From Psilocybe cubensis (lineage: Eukaryota): a stretch of 64,000 nt of DNA. The translations under genes were made by a program, and so were the position numbers. The notes beneath the pieces are model-generated. The model worked only from the letters and a program-made list of their open reading frames with translations. It was not told where the DNA came from and searched no databases. Where the stretch lies: positions 496,001 to 560,000 of the forward strand of contig CM039002.1 in NCBI GenBank assembly GCA_017499595.2, read 5' to 3'. Positions 39,901 to 53,993 of the stretch are shown in pieces; positions within the stretch are counted from its first letter, which is position 1; each line of letters opens with the position of its first letter.

Positions 39901-40605
39901 ATCGACTGCCAGTGGACCGGTGCGAATGCTCATTGCTCATTGCCCATTGCTCTACTTATGTGCATTGTGCCCAGCACCGTAAGTCTCCGGTTCACGCACA
40001 TGCACACACACATCGGACATCCACCGTGTAAAGTGTTCGTTTCAATTTTACAGGTACGTAATCAATACTCGACGGAGTCCGTCTTTTCTCAAATTCTCAT
40101 TTCCGAACTGAAGTGCTCCAAATTTACAATCAAAGACCAAAGTCGACGTATGTAAGTATATATATATATATATATATATATATCCGAAATGCGCCTAGCG
40201 CCTATGGAGACTGGTAACCAGCGGAGGAGACGAAGCGAGAGCTCAGAGAACCTTGTTACAGCTAGGGCGGTCTGACCACCAGTCGACTTAGCACTGGCGT
40301 GGCCACTGTTCATGACAGGGACATAACTTATCGACATGACATGATCAGCATACGAAAGGCCAACGTTCAACGTTACGTTCAACCACAACCCAACCGACTC
40401 CAAGCCATGATCGATGATCAACGCCTATTAATGTAACTACTATACTGTACTTCACATCAAAATTCACATCAGCGTCCACGATCCCATCGATAAACAGAAA
40501 CTTCAAGCTCGCTTACCCTTCGCCCCCGATATGGAAACAATACGCTAGATGCTGAGAAGTTCCTCTGACCGGCTGTTCAGAGGACCAATTCCAAAGGTAC
40601 CTCGA

Positions 40606-41236
40606 TAGGGCAGGGTTTGATACCTCCCGACCGGTCTGTGTGATAGTGGTATAGGTTCGGCGCTCTCAACCGGTGTGTTACTTGTGTTTTAAACAGGTGT
40701 TATACCACATCACGTGACCTTCAGAGTTTATTATTATTATTTTTTTTTTTTAAAAAATGCATGGCCAATTGACTGGAAGTCCTAATTTTTAAGCTTAAGC
40801 AAAGCTATAACTGATTATCCTACTGTTACATGGCTTATAAGATATATCTGTGATGTTTGTAAAGCTACCCAACACCATAGGTCATTTTTGATGCATACAC
40901 GGGGAAATGTGACGGTGTCACACGGTGTGACCAGGGATCACAAACTCACTTTTTGCCGACTACATGCCGCCGCGGCATGAAGTACAAAGTTAGAATTTAG
41001 AAACAGCGTACCATTTGATTGACAACACTTTCCTGTAGCAAAACTATCAATAAAGGTCTAAAAATTAATGTAGATTGTTGGTAGATTGAGAAGTTTTGAC
41101 TATAATACCCCCGAAGATTAACACCAGTAAAACACAAAGGATTTTGACCCTCTGGCTGTGTTATTGGTATAACACGTGTGTTACATTGGTGTAATACCTT
41201 GGCGTGGTATACCAGTATGTAACAAACCCAGCACTA
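40606..41236. mobile_element. Non-autonomous hAT-type element / MITE (631 bp)
   Basis: 8-bp TSD TACCTCGA at 40598-40605 and 41237-41244. Imperfect TIRs TAGGGCAGGGTTTGATAC and TAGTGCTGGGTTTGTTAC. No ORF. Confidence 0.85.
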
Positions 41237-42269
41237 TACCTCGACTTTTTTTTAAAAAAATACGACCCTCTATTATACTACATATATAGCCAAGGCCGCC
41301 AGAGTATACTGACAGTGATAACTGAGATTTTCGCAAGTCACAAGTCATCGATCGATCAATCCATTATCCATTATCCACTGTCCACTGTCCACTGTCCAGT
41401 GTGCCAGTGTCCACTGAATTCAACCAATCGCAGCATAGGATCGGCATATGCGTATTTACGTCAACTCTCGTGTCATGAAGACATGAACATGAACCGCACC
41501 GGCGCACAAATCTTAACTTGAACTTGAAGCTATATCGAAAACTCAAAAACCTAACAAAACGACGTAGACGGAGACGGAGACGGAGACGGAGACGGAGATC
41601 GAAACTCGAGACTATTTAATTAGTAGAGGCTCGAGACTCGAGAGCGAATGCCAGACAAACTGACCCGACAGGCTGCAAAATCCAGAATCCAAAAGTTCAA
41701 ACAGGTCATGGTCATACCCTGTCATACCGTCACGGGCATATGAGCAGAGTCGGATATTAGTTGATAATCGATAATCGGTTAGAGTTCTGGAATCTGGCCG
41801 ACGCCGGTACACCGTTACGAGGCTAAATAGGGGCCAGGGCATAGCGTATCTCAGGCTCGCGGCCACTGCTCTAAAAAAAAAACTAAACACTGACCAGTGA
41901 CGACGGCGTTAATTTCCAAAAGCCAAAAAAAGCCAATAGAGAACATTGAGCAATCAAAATCTAGTCAAGTACATTACGAACTTGCACAATGCGGAAGACT
42001 GAAGACTGTATACTCCGACTCGGAATGTATCCATCTCATTCGAATCAAAATGTTAACGCATACACCATATCACACCATATCACATCACATCAAATCATAT
42101 CAGAAACAGAACAGAACAACAACAACAACAACGGAGTTGAAAAACGACGAGGACAACAACATACAACACACACCGCACAAAAAATTTAAAAGAAAATACA
42201 CACGCATAACTTCCAAACTTTTCCAGAAAACAAACAGAAACGTATTTTTAGTTACAACAAAAACCGGAT

Positions 42270-42410
42270 AGACGACAACAACGACGACGACAACAACAAC
42301 AACGACGACGACAACAACAACAACAACAACAACAACAACGACGACGACAACAACAACAGGAGCGAGCAGCAACAACAACAGGAGTAACAACAGGAACAAC
42401 AACAACAGCA
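42270..42410. repeat. (ACA/ACG)n microsatellite
   Basis: Direct reading of the trinucleotide run. Confidence 0.9.
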
Positions 42411-43663
42411 AAAACGAAAAAATGAAAGCAGCAAGCAGCAAGGCAACAAGGCAGCACCATATAAAAGCAACAACAACAGCAATAACAAGTAAAAAGTAAA
42501 AAGTAAAAAGTATGAAGTATGAAGTATGAAGTAAAGAAGTAACAAATAAAGAAGTAAAGAAGAGTGATCAAGCAACTAAACAGGGCAATGAACGACCCAA
42601 CCAATCCAACTAATCCAGCGAGAATTCAAAGAAGGAAGGTAGGGGAAAAGTACAATACTTCGACAATGTAAAAAAGCAAACTCAAATTCAAAAAGGGTAG
42701 GGGAGAAGAGTAATAACTCGATAACTCGAACTCGAACACGAAGAAAAAGCACGAATCTCGCACCTCAAAAAAAAAGAAAAAAATGAACAAAAAGAAGAAG
42801 AAAGCAAACAAACAAACAAGCAAAAGAACGTCACGAAATAAGGACGATAGTATGTAAGTATGCACATATAGATTACGGATAAGTGGATAAGTGGATAAGT
42901 GGATAAGTGGAGTGGATAAAGTCGCGGATCGCGAGTAACGAGGGATCGCAGACCGGAAGGGTCCGGAACGACGTAGTTAATGATTAACGATGCGGTTGAC
43001 GGTAAACGACTCTGTGGTTGACAGTAAATGGTTGACAGTGAACGGGTGATGGTCGACGATATACAATTGACAGGTAAGGTAAGGTAAGCAGGGAAGCAGG
43101 GAAGCAGGTGATGTAAGCAGAGGTTCCTGTATGCGGTGGTCTGTATGCGGAGGTGGAGGCAGCAGCGGGATCGCGGAATCAAATCGTGTCAAAGCAGGGA
43201 TGAGGGCAGCAGAATTCCACGAGGAAAGAGGAAAGAAAGGCGCGCATTGCTTCCTCTTTTTTTTGTCTTAGGGGCGGGTGGTGGGGGGAGAGATCAAATG
43301 GCGTGCGTGCGGGTACGGGTCAGAGCGGCGGAGCGCGAAGCAGGCGAGTATATAACGACGATGACGACAATGTTAAAGAAGATGACGATGATGATGAGGT
43401 TGAAGATGATGACGATAATGATGACGATGACGATGAGGGGGAATAAGAGGAGGAATAGCGCGATGTAAGCAGAAGTGGCAGGCAAAAGGGGCTGGTGGGG
43501 CAATGTGAGTAAACTTGCGATGAAAAGAAAACTCAGGAAGAGAAAGGAATCAGCAAGCGATAGCGATTACGATTGGTGATGGGCGATGGGCGATGGCGAT
43601 TACGATGAAAAATGTCGATGGGCGAAGGCGAAGGGGGAGAGAAATGAGCTAAGCGCCGCACGC

Positions 43664-46008
43664 TCAAGCCGAAGCCGCGCTCGTCGACGCACTAAGCGCA
43701 GGCGCATGTGCAGGCGGATGCGGATGCGGCTGTAATAGAGGCAGAGGTGCGTCAGACCCCGCAGAGCTGTTACCATTGCTATTGCTACTATCGGCAGCTG
43801 TAGCGTTGGCGGTAGCGGCGGCGTTGGCGTTCGAGGCATTGGCGCTTGTAGCACTCATAACACCCACCGGCGAGAAATACGGCGGACGATGCACATACGT
43901 CGTCGTATACCCCGCAAGGAGCGCGTTGGGCCCGCCGAGCTGCGGATATGACGGGACGGGGTAGTGGTATACTAGTGCATGCTGCTGCTGCTGTTGGTGC
44001 TGCTGTTGCTGTTGCGGTACCTGTTGCTGTTGCTGTTGCGGAAGCTGTGGGTAAGGCTGCTGAGGCGCCGGCTCGGCGCTGGAGGGAGAACCAGAATTAG
44101 GATAGGTCTGGACGTGCGCGGCGGGCCCTTGCATCTGCGGATGCGCATGCGCGTGCGCGTGCACAAGCACATCAGGTAAAATCTCCATCTCGACGTCCGC
44201 ATTACTCGCTGCGCGCTCGCGCTCGGTATGGCTCTGGCTCTGGGCATCACCTTCAAGACAGCACGTCCCTTTCTCCATATGATATTTCAACCCGTTAGGG
44301 TTCAGATAGGACTGTAAGGTAAGGTTAAGGATTAGAAAATGTATGTGTATGTCACGTCAAAAAAAAAAAAAAAAAAAAAAAGGTTTATGCATATATGCAA
44401 GTGTGTGTGTGTGTGTGTGGGGAGGGGACTGGGACTGGGACTGGGACTTGCCTTGGTACATCGTGGAGTCTATACAATATGAAATGTAAAAATCAGTCGG
44501 ATGGAATAAGATGCATATACGAAGGAGAGAGGGAGAAAGAAATACGCACCGGACACCGGAACAGCTTTTCCCTCCTCTTCACCGCCCCCGCCCCCGCCCC
44601 CGCCCCCGCCGACGACGACGCGCTCGCGCTCGTGCCGATTATCGCCATTTTTTTAGATTTCAATTTCGCTGCCGTCGGAGATGACGATGACGATTTTAGA
44701 ATTTCCAGTGGTGTTTTTGAATTTGAGGTGGGGCGTCCTCGAGGGGGTGTAGTAGTCGTAGTCGTAGTCGTAGTCGTAGTCGTAGTCGTAGAAAACGAAG
44801 TTGTAGAAGAGGGGGAGGAAGAGGAGGAAGAGGAGGAGAAGGAGGAAGATGAGGAAGGGGAGACAGAGAACTTGACGTTCTTTTTCGATGGCCCAGCGCC
44901 GGGCACATTTTGCGCGCATACATTCGTCGGTACATCCACACTCTGATTCGCTAGTAGCGCCTCGGCATTGCTACAATCCGACATATCCAGATCCAGGTCC
45001 AAGTCCTCCTCGTCATCTGAGCTCGCGAGCGTAAGGGGCGACATAAGCATCATCTCCGCCGCGCCGTGCGAATGCAGGTGCGCGAGCGCAAGCGCGGATG
45101 GGGCCATCAACGAGTGATACGCCTCCACACCAACACCAACACCAACACCAACACCGCCCTCAAAATCAAAATCGTACGCATTCAACGCACTAATCTCCTC
45201 CGCGTCCGCGTCCGCGTGCGGGTAGGGATAGGGATAGGGGTAGGGGTAGGGGTCCGCGGGGTCAACGGGCAGACTCGGTGTGAAGGGCGTGTATACCGGC
45301 GGGACACGACCCGCAGCGCTCGATGCGAGAGACGACGATTTGCGGTTGGCACTGAATGGGCCGGAGGTCGGCGACGAGAAATCCGAGGGCGTCGACGGCG
45401 CCGAGGACGAAAACGAGGACGACGAGGAGGAGGACGAAGACGGCGAGGACAAAGACGAAGACGAAGGCGACTCCGACGGCGCGCGCGAGGATCCCGGGGT
45501 GCCTGTGCCTGTGCCTGTACCCGCGCCCGCGCCCGCGTCCGCGAACGCCAACGCAAACGGTAACGGTACCGACGTCTGGATCAGCGGCACACCCTTTAGT
45601 CCCTCGCGCGGGTACACGCGCTTGCCGTTCGGCGCGAGAAGCATGATGTGGTCCTCCTCGAAGTGGTCGATCAGCGCGTGGAGGTCGGCGAGGCGGGCGC
45701 CGCAGCAGTAGAAATTCGAGCACTGTGAGGTGAGGTGAAGTGGAGGTGAAGTGAAGTGGAGGGGTTATCGATTAGCTTTGTCCTGAAATAGACGCGAAAA
45801 TAAAGTATATGCGCACCAGAGAGCGCTCGAGACTTGTTATATGGTCGATATTGCTCTGATTAGCGTCGGCGGTGGGTGAGACTATATATTGCGCGTTGGA
45901 CATCGACATGGACATATCCGACCACGACGACGACGACGACGACGACGAGGATGATGATGATGATGGAAAAGGCGGGGAAACAGCCATCGGGAAATTATTC
46001 CTGCGCAT
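43664..46008 (-). CDS. Sfp1-like zinc-finger transcription factor with long low-complexity tracts
   Basis: Exons: ~46008 (or ~45987)-45817, 45722-44550, 44469-44452 and 44311-43664. Spliced product has LERSL|CSNFYCCGARLADLHALIDHFEEDH and KLFRCP|TPRCTK|SYLNPNGLKYHMEKGTC. Confidence 0.85.
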
Positions 46009-49000
46009 GTGTAACGCGGACAACCTGCACGTTTCGTTTGATCAGATAGATAAAAAAGAAATAGAAATAGAAAGAAGAAAGAAGAAAGAAGAAAGTGGGG
46101 ATTGTCTAGTGTAGTCTAGGTTATATCTGACTTACGTCGTTGACTCCGACTCCGAGACAGGATTCAGATGGAGTTGATCAGCGCGATACCGATACATGTC
46201 TGTAAAATGAATAAATCAATATAAATGGGGGTGGGGGGCAACTTGTAGGTGGCCGTGGCCGTGGACGGGGACGGGGCGGCGGTGTCTAGTATGCTACGAT
46301 GCAATAGCAAGAACGAGCACCATCGAGCGCAAATCGAAAAAGCAACGTAAAAAAAAGCTAATAGACAGATGCCCAACTCGGATGGAAGCTGGAAGCCAAG
46401 GAGCCGTACTCACCTGCTTCTCCGTATGTTTATGTCTTGCAGATGCCTTCTTAATCTTCAGGGCACGAGGCACTTATTAAATTTACACCACCAATCGAGA
46501 ATCGAGAATCGAGAATCGGGAATCGAGATTGACCGACTTTGACCGTGAACGTTACGTTGAACTTTGGGATTCGCGCAAAGGGAAGGGAGGTCACTGGCAG
46601 AGGCAGAGGCACGGGCAATAATGTTGGCGTTCAGTTGCACTTGCATATGCATTCCCGCTTCTTATTATGTAGCCCGGGGGGGTGGGGCACACATATATTA
46701 TCAATTGTAGTGATGGCGACAAATAAAAAGTGATATGTTCTCGTTCTCCATCCATCCATCCATCCCATCGTATCGTGCTAAACCACGTACGTACAGACTC
46801 CAGAGAGCGATGATCGATGACGGAAACCCACCCATGAAAATTTTCCTCAAATCGCCTCCCTGTGGCTCCCTGTGGCTCCCTGTGGCGACCTCGCCTAGCT
46901 AAAATGCAGGGTGCAGGGTGCAGGGTCGCGGGGTGCCTGATCACAAGTTACTTACTTATATTATTACCTTTTGCTACTAGTATCACCTTTAGCTACAGTC
47001 CACCTTTTGCTACAACTTTGCCAAATTGCAAATTTTTTCCATTTTTGCCGCGATACAGGTCCCATACAGTTGGAGTTCTTTGAACTTTTGCCCAATCTTC
47101 GTCACCCAATCTTCGTCTTCGTGCTCCCAGAATAACGAGTCTTCGACCATGTACACCGTACCCACTGTCACCGTCGAATGATCGGCAATGTTGCAAAGCG
47201 CAATGGATCGAACAGACTTTACACATCTATTCTGAATCCAAACCATAATTATACTTGAGGATCGGACATCTTGCTTGAAAATAACTGCATTTCGAAGAGG
47301 GTTGTGTTGTGTTGTGAGAAGTCCGAGTCCAATCCAACTTGGTATTCATCACATGGACTTGAAGTTGAATTTAAACTCGATTTGTAGTTTACAGTATTCA
47401 ATGTCAATGAACCAGAACGATTAGTACTAGAAATCGATAGATGCCTCCATGACACACGTAGTAACCGTTAACCTTGGAAATATTTCCCCCGAAATCTCTA
47501 CCTAAATTCTCGAACCTCAATTTCCCCCTAAATCAAAATCAAATAGAACAGACAAGCATACAAGCATGCAACACAACACAACTTACCAAGAATGTGTCGC
47601 TGACTTGCTGTCTATCTCCGCTGGCTAATACCCTACAATTGAATTTCGCGCTTAACTTTGATGATGATGCACTTCTGATTTACTAGTATGCCCGACATTG
47701 CATTGCGACTGACGCTGGGCCGCTTGATATCATACACTGGACTCGGCCTTGGGCTTGGGCAGCCTTGCATGTACCTACCCCAAAGACAAGAGACCTAAGA
47801 GGACTCACACCCACACCCACCCCCAGAGATATCCAAGGATATCCAACGCACCCAAAATGAAGAAGAGGAAGCCCAGCGGAACACCGAACAAACAAACAGA
47901 ACACGACAGACACTGACAGAGAAACACAAAAAATTTACTCCCTCCCTCCCTCCCTCACTCACTTGAAACTTCCTTGCTTCACAGAACCAGAACCTCAAAA
48001 CCCCGCTCAGGACTCGGGAGTGGGAGCTGAGACTCGGATCCCGGAAGAAGTGGAAGAAGTGAAGAAGTGAAGAAGGGAAGAAGTGAAGAAGGCGCCCGCG
48101 CGCGCGGGGTTGGAACTTGGTTGGAACATGGTTACAAGCAACAAGCAACAAGCAACAAGCAACAAGCGCAAAGGTTCACGTTCAACCGCCCGCATCCCGC
48201 ATCCCACATCCCGCATCCCGCAGGACCTGAATTAACCAACCTAACCAACCTATCAGCATCAATGGATCAAACGCAAGTCTAAATCAGGCCGTTCCTAGTT
48301 CACCTCGCGTGCGCTTGCGATTCACTACGAGACTACGAGACTACGAAACTACGAGTCCGTGACGGGGGTTGAAGCTTGAAGGGCTAGAGTTGTGTGCGTA
48401 CTTAGTACTAACCGTAGTGCGTGCCGACAGAGTGATCAGCTCCTGCTCCTGCTCCTGCTCAGCGCTCGCGCTCAGTCCAGGACTCCAGATGCACGAGGCG
48501 ACGCCGAGGGAGGGATGGGAAGAGGGATGGGAAGGGGAAGGTCCAGTTCCGTCTTCGTTAGGCCTCATCTTCATCGTAAAGTTGGGATTTGGAGGAATTG
48601 GGGATAGGGACTCGAATCTCGGGGCCCGGGCCCGGGCCCGAGGCGCCGAGGTGTAAGTAAATAATTATAAAGGTATAGGTCCAGGTATAGCGTTGACGTC
48701 GACGTCTGCACCTTGAACCTTGAACCTTGGTAGAATCATCTAGTTCTAGACCGTAGACCGTAGACCACCTTACCATCACCATCACCATCCCCATCCCCAT
48801 CACCATCGCTGCTAGATGACAACTCGAAGCGGAGAGTATCGAGTCGAGGTCGATGTCGAGCGCACTTGATTTGATTTTTGGTCCAGTGAGCTTTGCAGTC
48901 AACTTCGAACCGTGTTCAAACTTCAATAAATTTAAATCCGTCACCCATTCATTGCCAGTGGGCGGCTGGGCGGCTGGATCCTGGGCGACTGTTCCTCAGT

Positions 49001-49874
49001 CCAACACTACGCGCTACGCTAACGCTGGAAATACTGTAGCAACAATCAATCAGTCAAACCACAATCAAACCACAATCACAATCACAATCACAAAGATGAC
49101 GGAGAACTTGAACTTGAGTTGAAGCTTGAAGCTTGAAGGGTTGCTTGATCTTGGCTTGATCACGATGATAACCACGAACCATAAACCACGAACCATACTT
49201 AAACCCATAAACCCATCTGATGACATTGACATTGACAGTGCGTGTGATCTGAATTTCTGAATAAGCGCTCGCTAAATATATATATATATACCGTGTCATT
49301 GATGACTGATGATTGACTCTTGAGCTTGAAGCATCCGAACCTAGCTGAACCCTGCGTGCCGTCGTGGTCGTGCGAAGTTCTGATCAGAATCGAATTATCG
49401 AACCGTTGACGTGCGTGGCCATTGGGCGATAGAATAGAATAGAAATGTATGAAAAAATAGACACGGGATTGATTGGTGATTAATGATCAATGATTAATTG
49501 ATTAACGATTGGTGACGTCGCTGGGCAGTGGGTAACTGGGTTGCATCGACTCGACTCCGTCGACGGTGACGATGTGTGTAGGTAATCGTTGGTCGTTGTA
49601 TTTCATCACTGTACATGTGTAGCAAACTGGCTTAGCTGGCAGTGGTACCTGTTGTTATATATAACCTATTAGTATTGCCCTGTCATGAGCACATTGAAAT
49701 AATGTCCCGACCCAACGTACCTCGACCTCGACATCAACAGTCAATTCCAATGTCAACGGCGTCGGCGATACCAAATACTAATACTAAAAAGAGATCTCAA
49801 CCAAACCCGTTTTAGCGCGTCTTCCCAAAAAATTCACAGTAGAAGATAGATAGCTCCAATAGCTCCAATGGCGA

Positions 49875-50200
49875 TGGAATCTTGACGATTCCGCACAACA
49901 CGCGGGCGCGCCGCGAACTAAGCGAGCCTTGGGTTCAATGATGATGTCAACCATAACGAGAGCGCCAGACCAGACCAGACCAGACAGACAGACAGACTTT
50001 ACATAGTCTTCCAACTTCCAAGTTCCAACATTCCAATGGCTCCGACTGTCGACGCTCGCAACCGATTGAATCTTGGAGATTCCGCACAACACGCGCGCGC
50101 GCCGCGAATTAAGCGAACTTCGAACCTCGAGGTCGATGATGATATCAATCAATAACGAAAGCGCCAGACAGACTTTACATAGCCTTCCAACTTCCAACTG
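49875..50200. repeat. Diverged ~190-bp direct duplication in intergenic DNA
   Basis: GATTCCGCACAACACGCG..GCGCCGCGAA.TAAGCGA..GCGCCAGAC..ACTTTACATAG.CTTCCAACTTCCAA occurs twice, starting near 49878 and 50069. Confidence 0.8.
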
Positions 50201-53200
50201 CTAGAATTTCGAAAAGCGAGCTAAGCGAGTTATGTATCATATATGTGTTAGTACATATATCTCCCCAAACACAACACAACCGTAAGCGGTAAGTAAGTAG
50301 CGACTTACGGTTACATTTCTTTTGCCCGTGTCCGTATCGACTCGACTCGACCCGACTCGTTTCGTCATTCGTCGTCGAAGTCGTTACCTGGACCTGGACT
50401 AGCGAGTAGACTCCGAGTCCTAGTAGACTAGATCGACGCGTTAGCGAATCGCGAGTCGCCTGGTATCAAGTCTCGACGACCTACATACCACTTACGAGGA
50501 TCCGGGATCCGGTAGGCCCCACTGTCCCCACTGCACCATTATGATTATGTACAGTTAGTTGAAATTAAAATTTAAATTACTTGTGGGCGTAGGTGGTGCT
50601 TGGGTAGTGGTACGCATCATGATGATATCTGTCACGTCATCAAAAAAAAATCAGCTTTGCAAATGCAATGGTGGGCCGACCAATGGTCGACGACCATCGA
50701 TGTTGGAACAAGAAAAAAAAGGACATCAAAATAACTTGGTAGTGTGCACCATAGTACACGGGCAGCGAGCTCGACGGACGTTTGTTGAAGTTGACTGGGC
50801 CGCGGCGTCCACATATTCCATGGCCTGTTGGCGAATCGCGATGTAAGCAAGCTGATGAGCGCTTAACAACTAGTTCGCCCGTCCAGGCCCCACGATGCAG
50901 CCCTAGTACTAATAGTGGTAAAAGTGTGAGGGTTCCCAGAACCAAAACCAGTTTGTCCATTAGTTCAAAGCGGAACGTTCAACTTTGACGCCAGGTCGGT
51001 TCGACGTTCGTTAATTTTAAAGGAGGATGAAATCCGATGAATGGAGTCGAGCCGATGGATGACATGAATCGCCGAATCGAACCTGTGGGCGCGCGGAACG
51101 AACTGCCGAACAACTCCAATTACAAGTCACAGACTCGCAATTGCGCCAGGGTCAACTCAAACTTCCCCCGGAGTCCGGGCGCCTTGATAGGAGAGGGAAG
51201 AGACTGAGAGAAGATTGAAGATCCGTGCTTCTCCACCTGCTAAAAGTAAAGCTTGTGCTAAATTATATAACTTAAGTTATAAGTAAAGACTAAATGCCGT
51301 GATCAATACATACATTTGAAAATTTTTCCAAGGACCAATAGGCACAGAATCTTGCCAAAGGCTCAACGAGGCTCCTGGAAACGTTATGTACGGCATTGAA
51401 AAAATTTAGTCGTCCAGGGTCCAAGACTCCAAACCGAAAGATCTAAGTATAGCCGAGGCCCCATGACTGTTCAATGTTGGACTCAATTCTAACTCTGGGG
51501 AATTAGCTAGCTTTGGGGTTGGCGTTTTTGGCGTCCGGCTTGGAGAGAATTGCCAATTGGGGGATCATGAGAGATGTCCGCGATTTGCTCCTTCCTCTAG
51601 TGCGTACTTAAAGTTAAAAGTTAGAGGTCCAATGCGCCGCTAATACAATTACAAAGTGTATCCCTAAGACTCCTTGAAAGCATTTTTAGTATTAGCATTA
51701 GTATTATTACAGTAAAGACATACCACCAATCAACCAAGGTTCGAACTTCGTATCGACGTACCTATCAATAAATTGGATAATCAATCCAGGTGTCCGATGT
51801 CGACCAGAATTCGTGCGACGCGCATGCGCGTGATATGATACGTACCTCATGTTCACAGTTCATCCCAGGAGTGATACGTAAAGGCTTAATCTTGCAAGGG
51901 GGGCACTCGATTGTCGGAGCGCTGAGGAAGGCGAGAACCAGAAACTGCAGGACCCAGGATTCAGGACTGAGGAGACAGCGGCGAGCTTGACGCTAAAAGG
52001 CTAGAGAATAGGTTTCGGTTTAAAAATAGACTGTGAAAGGTTATTCAACTTACTGTGAGCGGGTTGGTTGGGCTGGAAATTTCGCTTTGAACGGGCGCTG
52101 TGTTGGATGACCAGGTCATTGACCATTACAGTGACCTTTGATGCCGACCCTCGAAAAACTACGGAAACTGAAGCAAAAGAGCACTGCTATATGATGATGA
52201 AATGGCAGGATTTTCGACCGCTAGTGTAAATGGAATGACACACATATATATTACGATGACTGACGCACGGGTAAACGGCCTCGCAATAAAACCACCGATG
52301 TACCTTGGGTGATTCGTGAACCGTCGCATTATTGTTTCAAGCGTCAAAAGGTGAGACGACTGTCAAGAGCATTTTCACAGGTTAGAGCGAAAGAAGTGAG
52401 GTCATAAGTTTGATGGCAAGCATCATAAATCATAATTCTTGAGGCGATGTGTGTCTGCAAAACGGCCACACGAGGAGTCAATTATGCGGCGCCGTGAGCC
52501 GAGTATAAATGTATGTAATTGGTTGGGTGAAGGCTGCGAGGATAATGGCCTGATTTTAGATGCGGAAAAAAGTACGTTCTGCAACGAACTTTCCAAGAGG
52601 CGTATGAAAATGTCTTGATGAGACGAGAATTAATGTGGGTCCGGTATTTTCTTGGCGAGGATATAGGTCCATTTGTTGATTACCTTTCAAGTGATAGAAA
52701 CTGTACAGCTAGCGAGTCTAGACTGCTAAAAAGATGGGAATGTAGGAAAGTGAAACCCTCCAGACATTGCGGCCAAGTACAGATTGAAAGCGAATACCAA
52801 CGGCAACTTTTTCAAACCGACGAGGACCTTATCACTGCAATGGCGATGAATACGGAGACAGCAAGAAATCGAGACCAGCCCAAAACAGAATGCATACATA
52901 CAGGTTATCGCAAGTTCACAACCGTAGTTCTTCTTGGTCCTATACATACGGGTGTTATGAAATGTTGCTATTGGTTAACAGGTCGCCGATTTCCGCCTTC
53001 AGAGCGGGTTGATTCGGGAAAAGGTCCCAAGGAGGCTATTTTGTTGAGCTGAACTCGTGTGCTGCCTAAGTTTGTCCATGTTAAAAAAAGAAATTGCTTG
53101 TTTGAAGCCTTTCTTGGGATTCGAGTCATGCGAAGCGAGGATTGACATATGACGTATCCAAGACGATCACTATCGTTTAGATTTGCAAAACCAGGGCGCC

Positions 53201-53993
53201 AGGGGTATACTCGTTGCACAGTCGCGTTCGTTCAATTGGAGAGCGCACACTGCGGTTCAGAATATCACGCTGCGCGCTCTCTGTCGGTCGTGCTGCGGTT
53301 CGCAGGAGGGAGCCAGTGCAAAAGAAAGGTCTTCTCGGGTAAGCAATATGTATAGATAGTAGGGGTGCCGTTTGGTGGGCGCAGATGTCGCGCCTAGGCT
53401 GAATGAACCATGTATTGATGAAAAGCAGGTTGGTAGCAATCGACAGCAAATGGGGCAGGGCAACATTAGTGGGTCTTCGAGGCGGAATGTGATTCGCTGT
53501 AGAGATTATTATGATTCGATGTCGCGTGCAAATTCAATAAAATGCTCGGAAAGCGATGCAACTCGGTCGGAAGATAAGATCCTGAATGTGACTCATATTC
53601 AAGTTCTCTGGCTTTCGTTGCCGATATGATTCGATAGTGTGGGGACATGCCGTTCTTTGTCCAAGTTGGCAATTGGGGCATAATCCTTCAAGATGCTGCG
53701 GTTATTGACTTGTTTGTTTTCTAGACGTCGGTAGAAGCTATTGGGACCTAACACAGCTTGTAGATCGCAGTCAAGCGTTGGCATAGACAAGAGAAAATGC
53801 ACGCTTGCTGGTACCTGTATGCGTACAAGTCATGGTGGAAGGCTGAAATAGGCGTTACGACCGGCAAGGACGCGTCAAGATTCGTGCCGGGTATTTATAT
53901 AATCCTCTCTTATAATACGTTATCAATCACAACGCAGTGACCCACCCCCATACTCATGCATTGACCTGTTATTTTTTTGCCTAACTCCTCATC

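Noticed and set aside
42100..43503. Poly-V/C/L and Met-rich ORFs
   Set aside because: Translations of microsatellites in the 3' flank of the zinc-finger gene.
51725..51760. GGTTCGAA T-loop-like motif suggesting a tRNA
   Set aside because: No acceptor, D or anticodon stems around it.
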